Shown here: one piece after another, positions 1 to 6,670 of the stretch
Numbering within the stretch: the first letter of the stretch is position 1
How the letters are laid out: each line of letters opens with the position of its first letter
Source: Vulcanimicrobiota bacterium
GTDB taxonomy: Bacteria > Vulcanimicrobiota > Vulcanimicrobiia > Vulcanimicrobiales > Vulcanimicrobiaceae
DNA: 12,911 bases
Direction of reading: 5' to 3'
NCBI GenBank assembly: GCA_003133025.1
Contig: PKZK01000196.1
Location: 11,276 to 24,186, forward strand
Notes under the pieces: model-generated
What the model was told of the DNA's origin: nothing
Database searches by the model: none
What the model saw: the letters and a program-made list of their open reading frames with translations, nothing else
Translations under genes and position numbers: made by a program

Positions 1-77
1 ATGGGATGCGCGCTCTGGGCGAGCGTCGGCGCGCTTGCGAACGCCAGGAGCAACGAACAGGCGAAGAGCCTCTTCAC
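1..77 (-). CDS. Secreted protein, N-terminal part only (runs off the left edge)
   Basis: Manual translation of the reverse complement from GTG at 77 gives MKRLFACSLLLAFASAPTLAQSAHP..., a typical Sec signal peptide (KR, hydrophobic core, TLA cleavage site). GGAG (CTCC at 89-92) lies upstream. Not in the ORF track. Confidence 0.75.
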   Translation of the reverse strand, partial: MKRLFACSLLLAFASAPTLAQSAHP

Positions 78-154
78 GAAGAGCGGTTCTCCAATCAGAT
101 GCCGGCTGCGAGGTATACCGTACATCGAGCCCGTGGCGGCGCGCTCCTTCACGG

Positions 155-170
155 CGTAAGGCGCCTTACC
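155..170. promoter_or_regulatory. Putative Crp/Fnr-family operator CGTAA-N6-TTACC upstream of crp
   Basis: Perfect 14-bp palindrome GTAAGGCGCCTTAC (156-169) with CRP-type 5-6-5 geometry, centred 42.5 nt upstream of ATG 205. A second copy lies at 1452-1469. Confidence 0.7.
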
Positions 171-192
171 GCACCGCCGGACCGGCCTCGGG

Positions 193-198
193 CATGAT
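193..198 (+). promoter_or_regulatory. -10-like hexamer CATGAT of a probable leaderless crp promoter
   Basis: CATGAT-gcacgt-ATG: hexamer ends 6 nt before ATG 205, no SD sequence; same layout as the redoxin gene. Confidence 0.5.
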
Positions 199-204
199 GC
201 ACGT

Positions 205-957
205 ATGGAATCGGAGATCGGCGGCCGGGCACCCGGCGGGCAGGCTTACGCGGGAGGCCCGCAAACGGACAGTTTCATGAACGACGGGCCTGAGCCGGGC
301 GAGTCGAACAAGGTCTGGTATCTCAAACAGAACCGCTTATTCGAAGACGTGCCCGAGGACGAGGTCGAGCAGAACGAAGGCCTCTTCACCATGAAGACCT
401 TCGCGCGCAAAGCCTTCATCTTCGACGAGTCCGACCCGTCGCGAACGGTCTACATGGTCAAGCGCGGCGCCGTGCGCCTGGCCCGGCTCACCGAAGACGG
501 CAAGGAAGTCACCGTGGCCGTGCTCGGCCGCGGCGACCTCTTCGGGGAAGAATCGATCTTCAGCGACCGGCCGCGCAGCACGTTTGCGGTGGCGCTCGAC
601 GACACGCTGATCTGCATGGCCCGCGCCGAGGACCTCTTCGCGCTGCTCGAATCGCAACCGAAAGTCGCTCTCAACGTCGCCAAGGTGATGAGCGAACGGC
701 TCGTCGAGTTGCAATCCACGGTCGAAGATCTGGCGTACGCACGCTTGAGCGAACGTCTGATCAATCTCTTCAACCGGCTCGCGATCGAACACGGCCGGCC
801 CGTAGAGGGCGGTGTGGAGATTACGATCCGGCTCACGCACGCCGACCTCGCCTCGCTCGTAGGCAGCACGCGCGAGACGGTCTCGCTCGAACTGGCCCGC
901 CTGATGCGCAGCGGCCGCTTGCGCCAGCGCGGCCACGCGGTGATCGTTCCGGCCTAG
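205..957 (+). CDS. Crp/Fnr family transcriptional regulator
   Basis: cNMP-binding barrel (VYMVKRGAVRL...GKEVTVAVLGRGDLFGEE...PRSTFAVA) and Crp HTH (LTHADLASLVGSTRETVS). Alternative start ATG 277 is possible. Confidence 0.95.
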   Translation: MESEIGGRAPGGQAYAGGPQTDSFMNDGPEPGESNKVWYLKQNRLFEDVPEDEVEQNEGLFTMKTFARKAFIFDESDPSRTVYMVKRGAVRLARLTEDGKEVTVAVLGRGDLFGEESIFSDRPRSTFAVALDDTLICMARAEDLFALLESQPKVALNVAKVMSERLVELQSTVEDLAYARLSERLINLFNRLAIEHGRPVEGGVEITIRLTHADLASLVGSTRETVSLELARLMRSGRLRQRGHAVIVPA

Positions 958-1418
958 GAACGTTCGGCGACGAGCGCCCGGACGGTGCGCTCGAGCTCGG
1001 CGTCGTTGCCCTCGCCGACGTACGTGGCGCGCAGCTTTCCATGGCGATCGAAGACGAGTTGCGTGGGCCAGGCGTCGACGCCGTATGCCTTCCAGATGGC
1101 GAAGTCGTTGTCGATCACCACGGGCCAGGTGATGTTCTGTTCGTGCAAGGCCGCACGCACGTTGGCGCCGTCGCGTTCGTAGGGCGTCTCGGGCGCGTGA
1201 ACGCCCACGATCGTGAGATCGGCCTCGGGGATCGCCGCTCGAAGCCGGCGCAGTTCCGGCGCGACGTGCTTGCAGTTGATGCAACCGAACGTGAAGACGT
1301 CGACGACGGCGACCCGGCCGGCGGTCGCCGGTGCGTGCGTGGCGTTGAGCCAGCCCGCGGTCGAGGAGATGACCGGCGCCAGCGTGGTCGCCGCGGCCAG
1401 CAATAAAGCGTGCAACAT
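954..1418 (-). CDS. Exported thioredoxin-fold redoxin (TlpA/DipZ C-terminal-like)
   Basis: N-terminal hydrophobic signal; DVFTFGCINC (CxxC); IVGVHAPE; WKAYGVDAWPT cis-Pro loop; GEG ending typical of DipZ-like redoxin domains. Confidence 0.9.
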   Translation of the reverse strand: MLHALLLAAATTLAPVISSTAGWLNATHAPATAGRVAVVDVFTFGCINCKHVAPELRRLRAAIPEADLTIVGVHAPETPYERDGANVRAALHEQNITWPVVIDNDFAIWKAYGVDAWPTQLVFDRHGKLRATYVGEGNDAELERTVRALVAERS

Positions 1419-1424
1419 ACGGCG

Positions 1425-1430
1425 ATCATA
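1425..1430 (-). promoter_or_regulatory. -10 hexamer TATGAT of a probable leaderless redoxin promoter
   Basis: Minus strand reads TATGAT-cgccgt-ATG(1418); 5/6 match to TATAAT; no SD sequence. Confidence 0.6.
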
Positions 1431-1451
1431 AACGAATCGAGGCGGCCCCGC

Positions 1452-1469
1452 CCGTAAGCCGCATTACGG
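1452..1469. promoter_or_regulatory. Putative Crp/Fnr-family operator CCGTAA-N6-TTACGG upstream of the redoxin gene
   Basis: Perfect 6-bp inverted repeat with 6-nt spacer (CCGTAA GCCGCA TTACGG), centred at 1460.5, i.e. 42.5 nt upstream of ATG 1418. Confidence 0.72.
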
Positions 1470-1516
1470 ACCGGGCGCCCTGAAGGCGGCGACGGGCTGC
1501 CAACGAAGCACTCGCC

Positions 1517-1894
1517 GTGAACAAAATCGGCGTTTCCGTTCTGTGCCTGACGACGCTTCTGCTCGGCGCGTGCCACGGCAGCACGACATCGTCGACGCCG
1601 CAGACGAACCCGGCGTCGACGACGGTGCTCTTCGAGACGCCGACCGGCACACCGGCCGCCGGGCTCGTGGTGACGCTCTCGACGGGCATCGCCGGAGGCA
1701 ACACGCCCACGGGCGTGATCACCACCAACACAACCGACTCGTCGGGCCAGGTTACGTTCAGCGGCTTGCCCGCGTCGGACACGCTCTGCGTCAGCGCGAC
1801 GTTGAGCGTGCCGCCGAGCGGCTCGCTGTTCAAGGGCGATTGTTTCTTTCCGTTCCCCTCGACGCTTACACTCGAATTTCAAGCGACGCAATAA
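1517..1894 (+). CDS. Hypothetical lipoprotein, probable small beta-sandwich (prealbumin/Ig-like) domain
   Basis: GTG start; MNKIGVSVLCLTTLLLGAC lipobox; Ser/Thr linker; TTDSSGQVTFSGL resembles the TTDxxG-x-F motif of prealbumin-like folds; two further Cys. Confidence 0.8.
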   Translation: MNKIGVSVLCLTTLLLGACHGSTTSSTPQTNPASTTVLFETPTGTPAAGLVVTLSTGIAGGNTPTGVITTNTTDSSGQVTFSGLPASDTLCVSATLSVPPSGSLFKGDCFFPFPSTLTLEFQATQ

Positions 1895-2076
1895 CGTCTC
1901 TTGAAATAATTACATACTTGAAGCACCGCGCGTTTGCGTAGCGCTATTGTGCGATGCAAAATGCCGAGTGAGTTCGCGCACGGAAAATCACGGACCCAAT
2001 CCAGCAATCTACCATCGTCGTTTCGCGGTTAGACCCTCTAAGGGCACTCTAATCTCTCCAAGGACGGAGGCGAATC

Positions 2077-2550
2077 ATGCGTCCCATCCCCTCGTCAGTG
2101 AAGCTACTCTCTTCTCTCGTCGTAGCGTCCATGTTGGCCGCGTGTAGCGGCGCCGGAGGCAGTAACCAAGCCGGCGGCGTCATGCCGAACGGCGTCAGCC
2201 AGAGTTCCGTTTCGCACGTCGCGCCGCCGAGCGAGCCCGTGCAAGCGCAAGACGAAATCCGCGACGCGAGCTGCAAGTCGAACGGAAAAATGTCGGTCAC
2301 TCCCTGCGCCGTGACCTTCACGCTTCTCGATTTCAACGCAGTCACGGTGTACGTCAAGGCGCCCAATAAGCAAGACATCAACGAGAGCAACAATTGCACG
2401 TCCGCCGGAATCGCTTCGATCAGCGGTGGCGACGGCGTGTTTACCGTGACGCCGGGCTTGCTCCCGGGCACCTGCACGGTACGGTTCACCGAGAAGAACA
2501 AAAAGGGCAAACAAGAGTCGGCGACGCTCAGCGTCACCAACGATAACTAG
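2077..2550 (+). CDS. Hypothetical lipoprotein
   Basis: GGAGG SD 6 nt before ATG; lipobox LAAC followed by Gly/Ser linker; beta-rich C-terminal domain with four Cys. Confidence 0.85.
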   Translation: MRPIPSSVKLLSSLVVASMLAACSGAGGSNQAGGVMPNGVSQSSVSHVAPPSEPVQAQDEIRDASCKSNGKMSVTPCAVTFTLLDFNAVTVYVKAPNKQDINESNNCTSAGIASISGGDGVFTVTPGLLPGTCTVRFTEKNKKGKQESATLSVTNDN

Positions 2551-2568
2551 GAGTCAACTCCGGCTTGG

Positions 2569-2609
2569 ATACGCGGGCGAGATCGCGCTGGGGCGATCCG
2601 CCCGCGTAT
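2569..2609. terminator. Long GC-rich hairpin after the lipoprotein gene (terminator-like or processing stem)
   Basis: ATACGCGGGCG-A-GATCGC [GCTGGG] GCGATC-CGCCCGCGTAT: 17-bp stem with one bulge; no U-tract, so terminator function is uncertain. Confidence 0.45.
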
Positions 2610-2692
2610 GAGCGTCGAACGGGGATAGCCGTTCGTCTCGGCGTAGTCTGAAGGGCTAGCAGACCCTCGGCCGACTCGAACGGAGCCACCCC

Positions 2693-3952
2693 TTGCATAG
2701 TCGTCGGGACTTACCACGAACGGCACGCCTCGATCTCGCGGTCGGGGCCCTTGCATTCTCCCTGGCGGCCGTTTTGTCTGCGAGCCGGCCGCTGCCCGCG
2801 CAAGCTTCGAGCACCGGGTTGCTCACCCGTCCTCTGAAATCGTCGATGGGCATTACCGTCCTGTATTCGTTTGCCGGCCAGCCCGATGGGTCGACGCCGT
2901 ATTCCGGCGTAACGTTGGATAAGAAAGGCGACATATTCGGGACGACGTTCGCGGGCGGTCAGAATTCGGTCGGCACCGTCTTCGAATTGACCCGCGCGGG
3001 ATCGGGATATTCAGAGCGGCTGGTTCATAGTTTTACCGGGACCGACGGAAGCAGCCCCGTCGCCAACCCGCTGATCGCAAGCGACGGACGCATCTACGTC
3101 ACCAGCATCGCGGGCGGACAGTACGGCGCTGGAACGGCCATCGAATTGGCGCCGTCCGGCGGACAGTATTCCGAGATGACGGCATATTCGTTCGGCAGCG
3201 GCTCCGACGGTGCTTCGCCCAATTCCGGTTTTCTGCAAGTGGGCTCGACCCTTTACGCGACGACCGCCTCAGGCGGGAAGTACGGATATGGGGCGATCGT
3301 CGCGATGGACACGACAAATTTTGCCGAGAGCGACGTCTACGATTTCAAAGACGGCAGCGACGGCGCGTTTCCGCTCTCGGGTCTGATCCCGGATTCGAGC
3401 GGCGCCTTGTACGGAACGACGGTCGGCGGCGGATCTGCAGGCAAGGGGACCGTGTACAAGTTCGTTCCCGCAAAGGGCGGAGGCGCGGAGACCGTGCTCT
3501 GGAGCTTCCAAGGCTCGAGCGACGGCACCGGCCCGAACGGCGGGGTTGTGATCGACTCGAGCGGCGATATCTACGGCACCACGCCGACGGGCGGGAACAG
3601 CAATAGCGGCGTGGTCTTCGAACTCAAGCCCGGCAAGGGCGGCTACCAAGAGACCATCCTGCACGCGTTCGCGGGCGGTGCGGACGGTGCCCAGCCCGTC
3701 GCCGGGCTCACCTTGAGCGGCAAGCTCTTGTACGGCGCCACCTCTTCGGGAAGCGGGAGCCTCTGCGTCGGTTGCGGCACGCTCTTTCGAATGAAAACTG
3801 CCGGCACGGGTTACGAAGTTTTGCACACGTTCCAAGGTGCCGAAGGAGCTAACCCGCTCGGTAATCTCTACGTCACGGGCTCGTCGATCTACGGCACCAC
3901 GTCTACCGGCGGGGCGAATAATGTGGGTGTCGTCTTCAAGTTCGAGATCTAG
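2693..3952 (+). CDS. Secreted tandem-repeat (GloVer / choice-of-anchor type) beta-propeller protein
   Basis: TTG start with GGAG 7 nt upstream; signal peptide ending AQA; seven roughly 55-aa repeats of consensus (E)TVLxSFxGxxDGxxPxxGLxxxxxGxLYGTTxxGGxxxxGxVF(E/K)L. Confidence 0.9.
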   Translation: MHSRRDLPRTARLDLAVGALAFSLAAVLSASRPLPAQASSTGLLTRPLKSSMGITVLYSFAGQPDGSTPYSGVTLDKKGDIFGTTFAGGQNSVGTVFELTRAGSGYSERLVHSFTGTDGSSPVANPLIASDGRIYVTSIAGGQYGAGTAIELAPSGGQYSEMTAYSFGSGSDGASPNSGFLQVGSTLYATTASGGKYGYGAIVAMDTTNFAESDVYDFKDGSDGAFPLSGLIPDSSGALYGTTVGGGSAGKGTVYKFVPAKGGGAETVLWSFQGSSDGTGPNGGVVIDSSGDIYGTTPTGGNSNSGVVFELKPGKGGYQETILHAFAGGADGAQPVAGLTLSGKLLYGATSSGSGSLCVGCGTLFRMKTAGTGYEVLHTFQGAEGANPLGNLYVTGSSIYGTTSTGGANNVGVVFKFEI

Positions 3953-3961
3953 CCGGACCCG

Positions 3962-6070
3962 ATGAGCCGGGCGATTCGGGACGGGAAGCACCATCGGGCC
4001 TGCAATCTGTGCGAGGCTATTTGCGGCTTGACGATCACCGTCGAAGACGGGCGCGTGACCGACCTGCGCGGCGATCCGCTCGATCCGCTCTCGCGCGGCG
4101 CGATCTGCCCGAAGGGCACGGCGCTGCTCGATCTCTATGCCGACCCCGACCGCTTGCGCACGCCGATCCGCCGCGACGGCGCGGCGTGGGCGCCGATCGA
4201 GTGGGATGCCGCCTTCGATCTCGCGGTCGATCGGTTGCGCGAGATCGCGCGCGTGCACGGTAACGATGCGATCGCGGTGTATCTCGGCAATCCGACGGCG
4301 CATAACAGCGGCACGCTGCTGAGCATGGGCGGTTTTCTCAACGCGCTGCAAACCAAGAACCGGTACAGCGCGACGAGCGTCGATCAGCTTCCGAGCCACG
4401 TCGCCGCGCTCGAAATGTTCGGACACCCGGCGCTCATTCCGGTGCCCGACGTCGATCGAACCGACTACTTTCTGATCATGGGCGCCAACCCGCTGGTCTC
4501 CAACGGAAGCCTGATGACCGCGCCCGGCATGCGCACGCGCTTGCGCGAAATTCGCGAGCGCGGCGGCCGCGTCGTCGTGCTCGACCCGCGCCGGACGGAA
4601 ACCGCCGCGGTCGCCGACGAGCACGTCTTCGTGCGCCCGGGCAGCGACGCAGCGTTGCTCTTAGCATTGCTCGACACGATCTTTTCGGAGGATCTCGTCC
4701 GGCTCGGCCGGCTCGAGCCGGTTTTCCGAAAACTGGACGTGCTCCGCGAAGCGGCGCGCGCTTTTCCCGCCGAGCGCGTCGCCGCGTTCACCGGCGTTGC
4801 CGCCGATACGATCAGGCGCATCGCGCGTGAGTTCGCCGCCGCGCGCCGGCCCGTCGCCTACGGTCGAATCGGCCTCTCCACACAAGCCTTCGGCGGCCTC
4901 TGTCAGTGGCTGGTGCTCGCGCTCAACGCCGTCTGCGGACGGCTCGACGCCGAAGGCGGCATGATGTGGCCGCAGCCCGCATTCGATCTGATCCTCGGCG
5001 CGAAAGCCGGCGAAGCGCACTCGGGCCGCTGGCACTCGCGCGTTCGCGGCCTACCCGAAATTTACAACGAGCTTCCCGTCGCCGCGTTGATCGAAGAGAT
5101 GCAAACCCCGGGCGAGGGCCAGATCCGCGCGCTGGTCACGGTGGCCGGGAATCCGGTGCTCTCCACGCCCAACGGCGGCCTGCTGGATCGCGTGTTGCCC
5201 GGCCTCGACTTCATGCTCTGCATCGATCCGTACGTCAACGAGACGACGCGCCATGCCGACCTCATTCTGCCGCCGGCGCACGGGTTGGAGACCGAGCATT
5301 ACGACGTCATCTTCCACCAGTTCGCCGTGCGGAATACGGCGCGGTACAGCGAGCCGGTGTTCGCCATCGACGAATCCCAGCGGTTCGACTGGCAGATTTT
5401 CGGCGCCCTGCGCGAACGGCTGACGGGAAAACGCGGCGCGACCCCGCGCGAACGGCTCGACACCGGTTTGCGCTACGGTGCGTATCGCACGAGCCTCGAG
5501 GCGGTGCGCGCGCACGAGCACGGCGTCGATTTCGGACCGCTCGCGCCGTGCATGCCCGAGCGTTTGCTCACCGGGGATGCCCGCATCGATCTCGCGCCCG
5601 CAACGTTCGTCGCCGACTTGAAGCGCCTCGATGCAGCGCTCGCGGAGCCCGTGCCCGAACTCGCCTTGATCGGGCGGCGTCAGTTGCGCGGCAACAATTC
5701 TTGGATGCACAATGCCCCGCGACTCATGCGCGGCCCCGATCGCTGCACGTTGCAGATCGGCATCGCCGACGCCGCGGCGCGCGGCATCTCGAGCGGCGAC
5801 GTGGTCGAGGTGGCGAGCGACGCTGGAGAGATCGCGGTGCTCGCCGAGGTCACCCCGGATCTGATGCCCGGGGTCGTCAGCCTACCGCACGGCTTCGGCC
5901 ACGGCAACGCGGCCGTGCTCTTGAGCGTCGCCCACGATCGGCCCGGCGCGAGCTACAACGACCTGACCGACTCCACGCGCATCGACGAACTGACCGGCAA
6001 CGCGGCTCTCTGCGGCGTGCCGGTCAGCGTGCGACTGCGCCGCGAAGCCGAGGTCGCGGCGGTTTCCTGA
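3962..6070 (+). CDS. Molybdopterin-dependent oxidoreductase (DMSO reductase/MopB superfamily) catalytic subunit
   Basis: N-terminal 4Fe-4S motif C14-x2-C17-x3-C21...C49PKG; DPDRLRTP; GANPLVSNGS; DPRRTETA; NETTRHADLILP; C-terminal dinucleotide-binding domain (NNSWMHN...PGVVSLPHGFG). No Tat signal. Confidence 0.95.
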   Translation: MSRAIRDGKHHRACNLCEAICGLTITVEDGRVTDLRGDPLDPLSRGAICPKGTALLDLYADPDRLRTPIRRDGAAWAPIEWDAAFDLAVDRLREIARVHGNDAIAVYLGNPTAHNSGTLLSMGGFLNALQTKNRYSATSVDQLPSHVAALEMFGHPALIPVPDVDRTDYFLIMGANPLVSNGSLMTAPGMRTRLREIRERGGRVVVLDPRRTETAAVADEHVFVRPGSDAALLLALLDTIFSEDLVRLGRLEPVFRKLDVLREAARAFPAERVAAFTGVAADTIRRIAREFAAARRPVAYGRIGLSTQAFGGLCQWLVLALNAVCGRLDAEGGMMWPQPAFDLILGAKAGEAHSGRWHSRVRGLPEIYNELPVAALIEEMQTPGEGQIRALVTVAGNPVLSTPNGGLLDRVLPGLDFMLCIDPYVNETTRHADLILPPAHGLETEHYDVIFHQFAVRNTARYSEPVFAIDESQRFDWQIFGALRERLTGKRGATPRERLDTGLRYGAYRTSLEAVRAHEHGVDFGPLAPCMPERLLTGDARIDLAPATFVADLKRLDAALAEPVPELALIGRRQLRGNNSWMHNAPRLMRGPDRCTLQIGIADAAARGISSGDVVEVASDAGEIAVLAEVTPDLMPGVVSLPHGFGHGNAAVLLSVAHDRPGASYNDLTDSTRIDELTGNAALCGVPVSVRLRREAEVAAVS

Positions 6071-6646
6071 TTATTGTCCCGGCGGCTTGATGTGCGCCGG
6101 GAGCGAGTCCGGTGCGGGCGCGCCGGAATAGTGCGCGACGATGGCATTGATCAGCGCGATCGCATCGCGATTGATGCGGCCGGCGTCGGTGCGATATTGC
6201 GAGGGCTGGCCGCTGGCCCGGTACGTGCCGCGCTGATACGTGAACTTTACCAAGTCGGCGCCCCAGTTTTTGGCGTGGGTCGCGTCGCGCAACGCGGGCG
6301 CGGGGGGTTCGTGGCGCGCCGCGAGCAAGGCCGCTGCGGCGGCGCCGAACACGGCGGTGTTCCAGAGTGCTTGATGCGATTGCGCGTACGACGAATTGGC
6401 GCAGTCGACGATGTTGGCTCTCATAATGCCGTGCAGCGTCTTGGGATCGGTCGTGGGATTGACGCGCATTTCACGCGCGGCCTGCCCCGACGCGCCGCAC
6501 CAATTGGGATAGTTCGGCGCATAGATGAAGCGCTGCAATTCCTCGTTGGAAACGCCGTGCGGCGCCGAGATGAAGGTGGCGGCGATGGTGAGCGAGGGTA
6601 TCGCCATGACGAGCGCCGCGACCGCGGTACGCAGAAAAGTCTTCAA
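6071..6646 (-). CDS. Secreted hypothetical protein
   Basis: TTG start with GGAGG SD upstream; signal peptide MKTFLRTAVAALVMAIPSLTIA; balanced composition; two Cys; stop codon directly abuts the oxidoreductase stop. Confidence 0.8.
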   Translation of the reverse strand: MKTFLRTAVAALVMAIPSLTIAATFISAPHGVSNEELQRFIYAPNYPNWCGASGQAAREMRVNPTTDPKTLHGIMRANIVDCANSSYAQSHQALWNTAVFGAAAAALLAARHEPPAPALRDATHAKNWGADLVKFTYQRGTYRASGQPSQYRTDAGRINRDAIALINAIVAHYSGAPAPDSLPAHIKPPGQ

Positions 6647-6670
6647 ACTGATCGTCCTCCCTGTGCGCTG

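Noticed and set aside
205..957. Fnr-type Fe-S or CooA-type heme sensor
   Set aside because: Only one Cys and no N-terminal Cys cluster; the FGE...PRS cyclic-nucleotide pocket is retained.
1426..2540. Minus-strand ORFs 1426..1833 and 2049..2540 with plausible composition
   Set aside because: Antisense to the two lipoprotein genes, which have lipoboxes (and an SD for the second).
2616..2635. CGAAC...GTTCG as a Gram-positive LexA (SOS) box
   Set aside because: Spacer is 10 nt, not the 4 nt of CGAAC-N4-GTTCG, and no DNA-repair gene follows.
2849..3949. Periodic repeats as a CRISPR-like or DNA tandem array
   Set aside because: Periodicity is at the protein level with diverged codons; no identical DNA repeats with spacers and no cas genes.
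3962..6070. Formate dehydrogenase or nitrate reductase annotation, or a selenocysteine UGA
   Set aside because: No Cys/Sec at the ligand position, no internal TGA and no partner subunits.
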